NCBI GenBank assembly: GCA_043734125.1
Contig: JAYTFR010000083.1
Location: forward strand, 13,868 to 77,867
Length of the DNA: 64,000 nt
Direction: 5' to 3'
DNA from: Acidobacteriota bacterium
GTDB lineage: Bacteria; Acidobacteriota; Terriglobia; Terriglobales; Acidobacteriaceae
A model generated the notes under the pieces. The model had not been told where the DNA came from and did not search any database. It saw only the letters and a list, made by a program, of their open reading frames with translations. The position numbers and the translations under genes were made by a program. Of the stretch, positions 16,264-26,223 are shown piece by piece; position 1 is the first letter of the stretch; each line of letters opens with the position of its first letter.

Positions 16264-17373
16264 CTAGGGTTTGGCAGGTCCGCTGGCCTGTTGTTCTGCC
16301 GTTATACGCTCCACGGCCTGGCGTTCGCGGGCGCCGTCTGCAGGACGGTGCAGCCTGTAATACAAGGTGGCCAGCGCGATGTGGGGCTCAATCCAGCCGG
16401 GATTTTCCCGCGTTAGTGGGGCCAGTTGTTCCGCGGCAGCGTCAAGTTCTCCACTCGCAATCTTCAGCATTCCTGATTCGTAGCGCGCAGTGGGATCGTT
16501 GGGGCTGAGACGTAAGGCGCGATCCAGCAGCCTCCGGGCTTCGCCCAGGGCGCGCCGTTTATAGAGAATCGCGCCGAGCGTAAGGTTCGCCTGGAAGTCG
16601 TCCGGATTGAGTTGTAGAGCTTTGCGGAAGGCGGGCTCAGCAGCTTGAGCGTCTCCGGTTTTGTCCCGTGCCAAACCCAGGAGTGTGTAGAGCCCGGGAA
16701 GCTTGGGATCGAGTCGCAGAGCAGATTCCAAGTCTTGGCGTGCAGCTTCGAACTGGTTTAGACGAAAGAGCGCTGATCCCGCGACCAGATAGGCATCCCC
16801 TCGATTAGTTGTCCGCGCCACTTTTTCGACCCGAAGCGCGCCCTCCGCCGCCCGCCCAGCGGCAATGAGCGAAGTACCGTAAAGATATTGAAAGTCCATA
16901 TCAGTTTCGTTAGCGGCGGCGAGGGGATCGAGCAAGGCGAGGGCTTCCTGCGGCCTTCCTGCCTGCAAGTCCACGTTCGCAAGCAGCCGGCTAGCTTTGA
17001 TATCGCCTGGTTCAAGGCGGTGAACTTCGGCCAGTTGCGCGCGAACGTTTGCAAAGTCCCCCTTTCTGTAATAAGCCAGCGCCAGATTCATTCGGACAGG
17101 CTTCTTGTCGGGTGCCGAAAGAAGCGCCTCGATGAACAGGGCAATCGCCTGATCGTATTGCCCGGTGTCGGAAAGCGCTGCGCCAAGATTAACTTGGGCC
17201 ACCATCATTCCGGGGCGCATTTGCAGAATCTGCCGGTAGTGGCGGATTGCCCCCGCGAGGTTTCCGCTTTGCTGCTCGTGAACCGCCAGTTTGAGAAGTT
17301 CTTCGGGGCCCGCCTGCTGAGCCGACGCCAGCGCTGCGAGGAGAACTAAAAGGAGGGACAGGAGCACGCGCAT
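16264..17373 (-). CDS. Secreted TPR repeat protein
   Basis: Signal peptide MRVLLSLLLVLLAALASAQQ, followed by about eight TPR-like repeats (AIRHYRQILQMRP..., ALRLDPKLP..., ALQLNPDD...). Confidence 0.8.
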   Translation of the reverse strand: MRVLLSLLLVLLAALASAQQAGPEELLKLAVHEQQSGNLAGAIRHYRQILQMRPGMMVAQVNLGAALSDTGQYDQAIALFIEALLSAPDKKPVRMNLALAYYRKGDFANVRAQLAEVHRLEPGDIKASRLLANVDLQAGRPQEALALLDPLAAANETDMDFQYLYGTSLIAAGRAAEGALRVEKVARTTNRGDAYLVAGSALFRLNQFEAARQDLESALRLDPKLPGLYTLLGLARDKTGDAQAAEPAFRKALQLNPDDFQANLTLGAILYKRRALGEARRLLDRALRLSPNDPTARYESGMLKIASGELDAAAEQLAPLTRENPGWIEPHIALATLYYRLHRPADGARERQAVERITAEQQASGPAKP

Positions 17374-17436
17374 GGCTCCAAGGATAACGCAAGCTCGATT
17401 GCCCTCAGCAATCCGGCGCGCTGGCATTCCACGCCG

Positions 17437-19686
17437 CTATTGCACGTTCACCGAGAGCGCAGACTGGGCGCTGAGTTCTTCCTGCTGGGCGGTGACAACG
17501 ATGTCGCAATTGCCCTGTTCCGGCGCGAGTTTGAGCATCACGGGCACGCTCCCGTCGGGCTTGGCTTCGGGCAGATTCAAAGTTCGGCGGGCGATCTCCC
17601 TTCCGTCGTGCAATACCTGCAGTAGCACCTTGGGCTGAGACAGAAGCTTGGAGGGGTAAAGAACGAAGTAGAGGTACACGGGCCTTGCTGACGAAACGGA
17701 ATCCGCAAGAATCGGGAGCGTGCGGTTCTCGGACGCTGCCAATGCCATGGAACTCTGCGCCGGAGAGTTGTCGCGGTCCCGAACCAGTTCCAGGGAACTC
17801 AGGCCGAAGCCCTCGCCGGTGGGGACGTAGAACGCAACCCGCTTGACGGCGGTTTTCCCCGCCCACTCGTCGCTGACGGCGGTATCCATTACGTAATGGC
17901 CGGGGGGAAGTTCGACCGGTTCGGCGAACACGATGCGGTCTTCTTCTTTATCTTTATCGTTATCTTTGCCCCGTTCTTTTGAGGACTGGTCGTCGATCGG
18001 CAAATTACGCGTGACTTCCCGTCCCACCTTCCCAACGATCTCCCCCGACTGGTTCCGGATCAGCGCGAACATAGAAGCCCGGACCGCGCTCTTGCCAGTA
18101 TGATCCGGTTTCGCCGAGAGCGAAGAAAGAGGGATTTCGAACGCTACCTGATGTTCCACGCGATTCTGCATGGGCCGGAATTTCAAGATCGCGACGTTAT
18201 ATCGAAGCGCCGCGACCGAAGTGCGATTGTTGATCGCGTTGAGTGAATTGGCCTCGAACGGCAGAAGTGGCTTCCCGTTGACATCGGGGAGAGCGAAATA
18301 GCCTTTGCGCGACTGAATGGTGACGTGGTTGCGCCGTACTTTGACCTCGATCTTGCGGAAGCGCCCGTCGTAACTTGACGAGGTTGGGGTGTAGGCAAGT
18401 TCGTAGTGCGAGCGGATGTCTTCCATCACGCGCTGCATGGGTCCGGCGATCTCGTTGGTGTTGGAAATTGCGAATCCGCCGGTGGATTCCGCCAGTTCCC
18501 GCAGCGAGAGTTGCCGGTTCGATTGGATGCTCACCGCCATATCGTCGTCCTGCTTGTGACCGGTGACCGGATTAATTCGTTGCGTCGAGCTCACAGCGGC
18601 GGTGCGCTCCAGTTCGGCGATGGATCGCATCATGGGGTCTTCCATTTTGAGCCCACGGGTGTCCACGGTGTAAAACGCGACGCCCGCGCGATTGGCATAA
18701 CTGATAAGGCTTTCGACAGCATCCTGACGATTGATGGGGAAGTCGAGGCCGTCGGCTAGGTATAGAACCACCTTGCGTCCGGGGAGGTTTTCCTGGCTGC
18801 GCACGATTTCGCGCAATGCGTCCAGCGCGTCCATTCCATTGGACAAGCTGGTCGCAAACTTCAAACCATTCTCGATGCGGGCTTGCGCCAGAATGGCGTT
18901 CCCCAGAGTGACGGAAACATCCATGGACGCGGCGTTCCGCGCGAATTGAGGGCTGCGAAGCAATGTGGGAAATGGATCCAGCAGGGCGTTTCGGACGGCG
19001 AGTTGGGTGGTAGCATCACTGTTTGGGGAACTGAGTATATTCTCCGCGAGGGACTGCAACGTCGCAAACGCAGAACCGATCACGGTCGCGTCCGTACTGA
19101 TGTTGTCGTGCGTTCCAAGGCTCCGGGACGTGGAGTCCAACGCTTTACCCAGCAAGTTCTTGTCCGCGGTGTAGAACTGCATGACGCTCAGCGAACGATT
19201 CAGGCGGTAGATGGAAACGTATGTGTTCGGGAAGTCTCCGCTGTTTAGGAAGTCGTGGACTGCCTCGTTGGCGAACCGAAGGTTAAGAGGGGCGATCTCC
19301 GCCATTACCACGGAGACGAAGTTCAACTGCTTCACCGACGTTGTACTCGCCGCGGGATCGGTGGGCGCCTGGTTCTGCAGGTTTGACGAGGCCTCTTTCG
19401 GAGCGTCTTTTTCGCTTTGTAATTGCTCCGCGCCTCCAACCCTGCGGAAGGCGTTCACTTTTTGCCGCACTCCGTCTTCGTAGAGCTCAACTTCGTCAGG
19501 ACGTAGATTGCCGATCAGTCGCTGATGCTTGTCGCGAACCACCAGATCGACCAGCACCTCGCGGCGAGTCGAATGGATTACCTCGACAGGCTGGTCTTTT
19601 TCGGCTGGGGACGCATTCTGGGCTGTTACCGGGAAGCAAAAGATGAGACTGCTGAAAACCAGAGCAAGAGCGCTGCGTGTCGGCAT
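17437..19686 (-). CDS. VWA domain protein with acidobacterial VWFA-related N-terminal module (TIGR03436-like)
   Basis: Signal peptide, then VLVDLVVRDKHQRLIGNLRPDEVELYEDGVRQKV (hallmark N-terminal beta-module). A central VWA-like region is VVLYLADGLDFP...AGVAFYTVDTRGL. GGAGG lies upstream of the ATG. Confidence 0.8.
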   Translation of the reverse strand: MPTRSALALVFSSLIFCFPVTAQNASPAEKDQPVEVIHSTRREVLVDLVVRDKHQRLIGNLRPDEVELYEDGVRQKVNAFRRVGGAEQLQSEKDAPKEASSNLQNQAPTDPAASTTSVKQLNFVSVVMAEIAPLNLRFANEAVHDFLNSGDFPNTYVSIYRLNRSLSVMQFYTADKNLLGKALDSTSRSLGTHDNISTDATVIGSAFATLQSLAENILSSPNSDATTQLAVRNALLDPFPTLLRSPQFARNAASMDVSVTLGNAILAQARIENGLKFATSLSNGMDALDALREIVRSQENLPGRKVVLYLADGLDFPINRQDAVESLISYANRAGVAFYTVDTRGLKMEDPMMRSIAELERTAAVSSTQRINPVTGHKQDDDMAVSIQSNRQLSLRELAESTGGFAISNTNEIAGPMQRVMEDIRSHYELAYTPTSSSYDGRFRKIEVKVRRNHVTIQSRKGYFALPDVNGKPLLPFEANSLNAINNRTSVAALRYNVAILKFRPMQNRVEHQVAFEIPLSSLSAKPDHTGKSAVRASMFALIRNQSGEIVGKVGREVTRNLPIDDQSSKERGKDNDKDKEEDRIVFAEPVELPPGHYVMDTAVSDEWAGKTAVKRVAFYVPTGEGFGLSSLELVRDRDNSPAQSSMALAASENRTLPILADSVSSARPVYLYFVLYPSKLLSQPKVLLQVLHDGREIARRTLNLPEAKPDGSVPVMLKLAPEQGNCDIVVTAQQEELSAQSALSVNVQ

Positions 19687-19867
19687 CCGCTACCTCCGTA
19701 CTACGACCGGCAGGGTGACAAACCCATGACGATTTTCTGCTACATCTTTCAAGCGGGTCGAATTGTATAATGAATTCGCATTTGAGTTGTCTGCTTTTGT
19801 TGATAGGCTCTGTTGATCGACCCGTCCTGGACCAATGCGGGATGTGTTTCTTGTGGTGAGGTGTGAC

Positions 19868-21031
19868 ATGCGCTTCAAGGTTGGCTTACTCGCAGCTTCC
19901 TTCTTCCTATTGGTTGTAAGTCCGTGCACAGTTTTTTCTCAGCGGGGTGGTGGTGGTCCGCCTCCCGGCGTGGCTGGTCCTCGCCCGATGGTAAGCCCGA
20001 CCCGGCCAGATTCCATTCAAGAGGCTGGCCCGATGGCCCTCCGGTGGTGGACAAACATGACCGACGCCGGCCGGGCGGGAGCGGTCTTGCTGGGCAAAGT
20101 GGAAATTGAAGGCGAAATGCTGCCGTGGGACCCGATCCTGGTCACTGTCAGTTGCAACGGCTCCACGGTGTACACCACTCAGACTGATCCTAAAGGCAAC
20201 TTTGGCGTGTTTCCCAAGCGAGTGGAAGGGGAAATCAGCCAACTGGGGGACTCGCAGCGCCAAATGCAGATGCATTACGAAGGCTGCGTCCTGCAGAGTT
20301 TTCTGACTGGTTTTCGCTCGTCCAAGACCGTAATTACGGTGAAGCATTTGCGCGACAATCCGAATGTGGGAACGATCACGCTCTCCCGAGACTCGAAGGC
20401 CAAGTCAACGGCGCTCAGCGCCACCACTCAGACTGCGACTCCCGCCGCAACGAAGTTGTGGAGCAACGCCGCGGAATACATGATGGAAGAGAAGCCGGAC
20501 AAGGCGCGCCGGGAACTGGAAAAGGCGGTCAAGGAATACCCCGGCTTTGCTGATGCGTGGATGCAGCTCGGCAATTTGCAGGTGCTTTCCAGTCCGCGCG
20601 ACGCGCGTCTGTGTTATGAGAAATCCCTGGCTGCTGATCCGACCTTCATTTTGCCCTACGACCGCCTGGCGGCGTTGGACGTGCAGCAGGAGGACTGGCA
20701 GGCGGCTGCGTCACACACGCTTCACTGGTTGCAGCTTGATCCAGCCGGAACCGCGCGCATTTGGTACTTCAGCGCGATGTCCAATTACCAGTTAGGAAGG
20801 GTGAAGGCGGCGCAGTATAGTGCGGAAAAACTTTTACTGGCGGATCCCCTGCACAATGTTCGCAACGGGGAACAACTGCTGGCGGCGATCCTTGCCAGAC
20901 AGTCGAACTTCGCCGGAGCTCTTGAGCACTTGCGCAATTCACTGACCTACACTCCTGCCGGACCGGACGCCGACATGCTGAAACAACAGATCGCCCAAAT
21001 GGAAAAACGGACTGCCTCGGCGGCGAACTAG
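19868..21031 (+). CDS. Secreted carboxypeptidase-regulatory-like domain + TPR protein
   Basis: Signal peptide MRFKVGLLAASFFLLVVSPCTVFSQ. GKVEIEGEMLPWDPILVTVSCNGSTVYTTQTDPKGNFGVFP is a CarboxypepD_reg-like beta-sandwich. The C-terminal part has TPRs (AWMQLGNLQ...). Confidence 0.7.
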   Translation: MRFKVGLLAASFFLLVVSPCTVFSQRGGGGPPPGVAGPRPMVSPTRPDSIQEAGPMALRWWTNMTDAGRAGAVLLGKVEIEGEMLPWDPILVTVSCNGSTVYTTQTDPKGNFGVFPKRVEGEISQLGDSQRQMQMHYEGCVLQSFLTGFRSSKTVITVKHLRDNPNVGTITLSRDSKAKSTALSATTQTATPAATKLWSNAAEYMMEEKPDKARRELEKAVKEYPGFADAWMQLGNLQVLSSPRDARLCYEKSLAADPTFILPYDRLAALDVQQEDWQAAASHTLHWLQLDPAGTARIWYFSAMSNYQLGRVKAAQYSAEKLLLADPLHNVRNGEQLLAAILARQSNFAGALEHLRNSLTYTPAGPDADMLKQQIAQMEKRTASAAN

Positions 21032-21045
21032 TCTCGGCTAGTTCG
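21024..21045. terminator. Hairpin built from the mirrored 3-prime ends of two convergent genes
   Basis: CGAACTAG-tctcgg-CTAGTTCG is an 8-bp perfect inverted repeat. Each arm contains the TAG stop of one gene (stops 6 nt apart). There is no U-tract. Confidence 0.3.
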
Positions 21046-22981
21046 GCTTCGACGCCTCGGGTTGTAGACGGACGGCTTCCGGAGCAGTTGCTGTTTCCGG
21101 TGCAAGCGGCAGCGGAATTTCGAGTGCGCCGACGCGGTCGGTATCCGTATCGCGGATGGCAATTCGCATCGAAGTCGCGCTTACCGGAACGACCAACTCC
21201 TGCATGGCCCGGTAAACGCTCTGGTGACTTGGCTCCCAGGATTCGGGCGGCCGCGCCTGCAGTGCCGCAAACGCCGGATCGTTGCTGTTCTGCACCTTCT
21301 GGAACACGGAATTCAGGGTCCAGCCGTTGCCATCGTAAGCCACCGCAGCAAACTCCAGCGGAAGCGGTCCGCCCTTATCCACCTTGATCTGGCTGCCTAC
21401 CAGGACGTAATAGATGTCGTAGGTTTGCACCTGCACCGGCTTGAGCGGGTGAGACGATTTCCTTTTGTGCTCGCTGGCGAAGGCGGGCTGGTTCGCGAGG
21501 TCGGTCATTTGCTGCTCGCTCGCCAACGCAGGTCCCCCCACCGGATGCACTCTCGCCTTGAAAATGAGCTGGTGGACTAGGGGGGCCCCATGCTGCAGGT
21601 TGGCGAAGATTGGCCGCGCCTGCTCCCGATCTTCAGAAGCAATGCTTCCGTCGCTGACCTTCTTGGAAGGTTGCGCAGCCAGAAGCGGGGAATCCGGGTC
21701 GTCGGCATAGTAGGAACGGCGATACTGCAAATGGTACTTGCGCCCGCCGATCTCCACTTTGATGTTGCGCAGCTTGCCATCATAGTTTGGATTGGTCGGA
21801 GAATAGGTGAGCGTGTAGTAATTCGAACCGTCCACTACCATTTCCTGCAGCGCACCGGCCAGATCGTTATTACTGTAGATCGCGCGGCCTCCGGTAGCGC
21901 TCGCAATGTCGTTCGACATCATATCATCGCGGTAGGCGGAGGAAAACGTGGAACTCAGCGCCAACTCGTTAGCGACTCCGGCTCCCGTGGGAGTTGCCGC
22001 ACTCGTAACTGCGCCTGCTGGTGCGCCGGCTGCCGCAGCGCCTGCAGCCCCTGCGCTCGAGCCAACTGATTCGCCGCCTACGCCGGTGTGCGGTCCTCCT
22101 CCCGTCAACCTGCCTTCTGGATTGGTGATGACACCGCGAACATTCAGCGGATAGACGGCAATTTGCGCCCGCATCAGTTCGTCGAACTCTTTTCGCACAT
22201 CCAGTTGGCGATCGTGGGGGTCTCCTTCCGATGAGTACACGGAAATCGGAAACTGAGCCGACATCCAGATCAGGTTCTTGCGTCCAGGAATGCCGTCCAG
22301 GAAGTCGGCGACGTGCGTGAGAGCGCTGATCATCGCAACCGTGGGGTCGGATCCGCGATGAAAATTGCTGGCCATCAGGAAGGCTTTCGGAAGGCCACTT
22401 TTGGGATTTTTCGGGTCCAGCACGGAGTAAAGAACGTTCTTGTCTTCGGTGAAGCCCTGAATGAGTCGCAGTCCGTCATAGTGCAGGAAGATTGCAAAGC
22501 GGGTGCCTTCTGGCTTGCTGCCGATGAACTTGAGCGCCTGCTGACGGGCAATGAGCTGATCCGTCAAGTCCTCGGTGTTGGCCATGTCGAGCAGAAGAAT
22601 AAACAGCGGGCCCTTTTCGGGCTGCTTGGGGACGTTCACGTAAACGTTTGGAGGGAGCGCGGGGGCGTTCGCGGGGATGGCGATGGAACCTGAGTCAAAC
22701 TCATGCACGTCGAAGGACAGAACCCGCTGCGGACGCCCGTCTTCGGTCACCGAAAAATCTTTTTCCGCCAGACCCTGGACCGGCTTTCCGTCGGAGCCGC
22801 GGACTACGACATCCACTACAACGCGGCGCACGGTCTTCTTTAGAACGAGAACGCCTGAGGACCCAGGATATATTTTTGGCGGAGTAGAGTCGTCCGCTGC
22901 GAGAAGAGTGATTGAGCAGGCGACCGCGCAAAATCCTGCAATCAGAAGCCGAGTTCGAATGCTGCCAGGGGCGCCCCCCAT
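21038..22981 (-). CDS. VWA domain protein (TIGR03436-like)
   Basis: Signal peptide LLIAGFCAVACSITLLAA. VVVDVVVRGSDGKPVQGLAEKDFSVTEDGRPQRVLSF. VWA-like FILLLDMANT...IAVYPLNVRG. GGAGG lies upstream of the ATG. Confidence 0.8.
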   Translation of the reverse strand: MGGAPGSIRTRLLIAGFCAVACSITLLAADDSTPPKIYPGSSGVLVLKKTVRRVVVDVVVRGSDGKPVQGLAEKDFSVTEDGRPQRVLSFDVHEFDSGSIAIPANAPALPPNVYVNVPKQPEKGPLFILLLDMANTEDLTDQLIARQQALKFIGSKPEGTRFAIFLHYDGLRLIQGFTEDKNVLYSVLDPKNPKSGLPKAFLMASNFHRGSDPTVAMISALTHVADFLDGIPGRKNLIWMSAQFPISVYSSEGDPHDRQLDVRKEFDELMRAQIAVYPLNVRGVITNPEGRLTGGGPHTGVGGESVGSSAGAAGAAAAGAPAGAVTSAATPTGAGVANELALSSTFSSAYRDDMMSNDIASATGGRAIYSNNDLAGALQEMVVDGSNYYTLTYSPTNPNYDGKLRNIKVEIGGRKYHLQYRRSYYADDPDSPLLAAQPSKKVSDGSIASEDREQARPIFANLQHGAPLVHQLIFKARVHPVGGPALASEQQMTDLANQPAFASEHKRKSSHPLKPVQVQTYDIYYVLVGSQIKVDKGGPLPLEFAAVAYDGNGWTLNSVFQKVQNSNDPAFAALQARPPESWEPSHQSVYRAMQELVVPVSATSMRIAIRDTDTDRVGALEIPLPLAPETATAPEAVRLQPEASKPN

Positions 22982-23058
22982 GTGAATTCCTCCGTCCGCG
23001 AAGCTTAAGTTTCGCAGCGGCCCCCCGGCGCTACGTTTGGTACAAGGCGCGCCACTTG

Positions 23059-26046
23059 CTATGGCGCGGCGACAATCTTTGATTGGGATGCATATCGTTT
23101 GTAGCCGCGGAAGGTCATTTCATTCAAGTCGATCTGGCGGCGTCCGCGTCTTGTCATCATGACTGCGCGCATTGGCATAAGGTACTCATGAGTCCCGATC
23201 TTTTCGTATTCGTAATCAACATTGACGGAAGCCTCATGGATTGAGAAGTCGTGCGGAAGGTCGTCAGCCTCCATGGTGACTCTCCGAACTCCGCCGGTTG
23301 CGCTGTCCACATAAACCAGGCCATGAAATCCGGCGCCTATCGTCTTGTTGCCGTCCATTAGCACAAAAGTCTCATTCTTCGGCGACACGCTATAAACCAA
23401 CACCTGCACCGTTGCTCCGCCCAGACTCGCTGCTTCCTTCCAGTGGAACTCCGTCTTGGACCCCGGGTTGAACACCAGGCGCAAGATTGAGCCAAACTCG
23501 CCCTTGGATATGGCCCGGGTATGTTCCAGGTCTTCGCGCTGCAGGCTGCTGCGCGCGCCATTCATTTCCAGCATCGTCCGGGTTTCGGCGCCCTCAACAA
23601 AGCGCAGGAGTTCCACGAAAGTGTCGCGGCGTTTCCAGGTCCCGCTGCCGGAGTCATCCACCGAACGGTTGGTGGTTTCAATGCAGACAAAGTTGGGCAG
23701 GCTCTTGGAGTAGGCGAGCGCGTGTTTCCGGGCAGCTTCGATCAGGGTGCTGAATTCTTCGGCAGAAGGTGCGTGGGCGGCGCTTTCCGGCAAGGAAGTA
23801 ATTACGAGCTGGCGCGGCCCACTGTCTGGAAGTTTCGCAGAGGCGAGCATGCTGAGGTCCTGGTTCGACACTTGCTCGGAGGCGGCGGGGGGGGCGGCGC
23901 TGGCCAGTTCGGGCCCTTCGATCCGGAAGGACACCGTCTTCTCCACGCTCTTTTCGCCTTCAGTAAGGGTTTCAATCAACTGGTAATCGCCAGGGCGCAG
24001 CGATCCCGACTGCAACGAGGCCATGTAGGGCACCGATGCAGCGGAGGTGAGAGTCCGCAACTGCAAAGGGACCTGAGCCACCGGTTCGCGGTTTCGCAGA
24101 ACCGTGAGTTCCAGGCGCGGCTGCTGGTCCGCTTTCGGTGAGGCGTGCACCACGGAGAACAAGTCGATCTGCTTTATCCCCCTCTGCATGCGGGCGGCAA
24201 GGTTGGGAACAATCCTGCGATTGCCGTATTTCAAAGGATCACTGGCATCGATTTCGTCGGGCAGGGGTTCCATTCGCTGAACCAATGTGAGGTCACTGAG
24301 TGAAGGGCCGGTTCCGGTGGAGGCGATTACGAAAGGCGTGCGAATCGCTCCCATCTTCTGGTTATCACGGTCCATGACGGCGGCTTCCAGAACATAGTCG
24401 CCGGGGTCGGCGACGAAGTGCCGCTGCATCACGATGGAAGCACTCTGGGTTGCATTCTTCGTATCCAGCGCGCCATGGCGGGGCACGTCTTCGCTGAAGT
24501 GCTCAATCACTTCGCCAGCCTTGTTCTTGATCTCGGCGACGATCGATGCGTGGAACGAGTACAAGTTGGTGTTGGGATCGTCATGCGTGGTCAGTTCAGA
24601 AACTGGCACTTCGATCGCCAAGGCGTTGCCGTCGGCGCTGCCCACCTCGCCCAATTGCAGTACGCGTGCGTAGAACTTCACTTCTCCGGGCAACTGCGGT
24701 TCAGTGAAAACCTTAAGCAACTGGGTCTCGAACAACTTGAAGGACGAACTGTTTTGCGGTGGGACGGCGAAATAGCCAGCGCGGGTGTGCACCCTGATGT
24801 CCTTGCTATTGGGCTTAATGGCCACGGCGCGAAACTTGCCGTCATATTCTTTGACGGGGGACACGTAGGAGATCTGGTAATACGTGGTCATGTCGCTGAC
24901 CAGTGCCTGCATGATTTTTTTCGGGTTGCCGCCGGCGGGGATGAAACCGCCGTCGGTCCCGTAGGCGAGTGCAGCCAGAGGCCCTCTGCCTGCTGCGGCT
25001 GAAGCTCCCATTTCGAAACGCTCGTTCTGACTGCTGATCACGCTGCCAGTGCCAGCGCCGCTGGCTTGGGCGCCGAACGCAATTGGCGGCGGTCCACTCG
25101 CGGTCGCCGGTGCGGCGACGCGGCTCGACGTCATGCTCACCGCGTTCCCCAGCGCCATGGAAGACAGAAGGGCAGATGAAGTTGGGTCGTTGAAAATGTT
25201 TGCGTCGATGGCGTAGATACTCACGCCGGACCGGTTAGCCGCGCCCAGGATCGTGTTCAGCGTGTCTTCTTCGGTCACATTTTCCTGAGTGCGCTGCGAA
25301 ATATAGATGAGCACTTTTCGCCCGCTGATTTTACCTTCAGCGCGAGCCAGACCGAGCATGCCGGCCAGGGCCGCGGCGGTGTGTTGCTCTTGTATGGTTC
25401 GCTGCGAGTCCTGCAATGCGAAGAGCAGGGCTTGCGAGATAGCCCTCTGTTCAGAATTGAAATGCGCTCCATTTTCGTCGGTGCCAGTGCGCGCAATCAA
25501 AACCAGGTTCTTCTCGGCGGAAGCGATTACAGTTGTTGCTTCCTCGCGGGATGCCTCGGTGGCCGCCTTGACTCCCTCAACAATCAGTTTGCGATCCGAA
25601 GTGAAGTTCTGGTAGAGGCTCAAACGGCCAGCAATCCCCAAGACTGAAAACGAGAAGCCGCTTGCGGGGAACTCCTGCATAACCTTTTCTGTGATCTTGC
25701 GGGCGTTGACGGCTGCAGAGGAATCCAAGCGGTCGAAAACAAAAGTGACCAGATGATTGCCGCCGGTGCCGTTCATGAGCCGCAAGTCCGTGACCTTGAC
25801 TGCAGTGCCGTTATCAGTGACAGCAAGATCCTCCGGCTTGAGGTCGGTAAATGGCTTGCCCTTTTTTGTGCGCACCACAACGTCCAGGGAAACTTCATCG
25901 ACGGTGCTTTGGATAGTCTGTGAGGGAGACTTAGCTGGGGAAGTCTGTCCCGCAGTAAGTGGCGAGAACGAGGTGATTCCGATGAGGACGAGGGCGGAAG
26001 AGAGCGGGGCAAGGCCACGAACGTAAAACGTTTTTCTGCTAAGCAT
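23059..26046 (-). CDS. Large VWA domain protein (TIGR03436-like) with long C-terminal extension
   Basis: VSLDVVVRTKKGKPFTDLKPEDLAVTDNGTAVKV. VWA-like LVTFVFDRLD...KVLIYISQ...SGVSIYAIDAN. About 600 additional C-terminal residues have no recognisable family. I set the start at ATG 26046 (MLSRK); the track start at 26079 is TTG. Confidence 0.8.
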   Translation of the reverse strand: MLSRKTFYVRGLAPLSSALVLIGITSFSPLTAGQTSPAKSPSQTIQSTVDEVSLDVVVRTKKGKPFTDLKPEDLAVTDNGTAVKVTDLRLMNGTGGNHLVTFVFDRLDSSAAVNARKITEKVMQEFPASGFSFSVLGIAGRLSLYQNFTSDRKLIVEGVKAATEASREEATTVIASAEKNLVLIARTGTDENGAHFNSEQRAISQALLFALQDSQRTIQEQHTAAALAGMLGLARAEGKISGRKVLIYISQRTQENVTEEDTLNTILGAANRSGVSIYAIDANIFNDPTSSALLSSMALGNAVSMTSSRVAAPATASGPPPIAFGAQASGAGTGSVISSQNERFEMGASAAAGRGPLAALAYGTDGGFIPAGGNPKKIMQALVSDMTTYYQISYVSPVKEYDGKFRAVAIKPNSKDIRVHTRAGYFAVPPQNSSSFKLFETQLLKVFTEPQLPGEVKFYARVLQLGEVGSADGNALAIEVPVSELTTHDDPNTNLYSFHASIVAEIKNKAGEVIEHFSEDVPRHGALDTKNATQSASIVMQRHFVADPGDYVLEAAVMDRDNQKMGAIRTPFVIASTGTGPSLSDLTLVQRMEPLPDEIDASDPLKYGNRRIVPNLAARMQRGIKQIDLFSVVHASPKADQQPRLELTVLRNREPVAQVPLQLRTLTSAASVPYMASLQSGSLRPGDYQLIETLTEGEKSVEKTVSFRIEGPELASAAPPAASEQVSNQDLSMLASAKLPDSGPRQLVITSLPESAAHAPSAEEFSTLIEAARKHALAYSKSLPNFVCIETTNRSVDDSGSGTWKRRDTFVELLRFVEGAETRTMLEMNGARSSLQREDLEHTRAISKGEFGSILRLVFNPGSKTEFHWKEAASLGGATVQVLVYSVSPKNETFVLMDGNKTIGAGFHGLVYVDSATGGVRRVTMEADDLPHDFSIHEASVNVDYEYEKIGTHEYLMPMRAVMMTRRGRRQIDLNEMTFRGYKRYASQSKIVAAP

Positions 26047-26223
26047 TAAGACCTCAGGGGCGCCTGGAAATCTGGGCAAGTAGATTTTCCGCCGACCGGG
26101 CCCAGTTGTAAAGGGCCACTTACGCGGGATGACACTTATTTACAAAGGAAGGGCTTTTGCATGAGGCCCGGGTTGGTAAAACCCATGGTAAATGGGTACT
26201 TCTTGCGGAAAGGCCCGGGGAGA

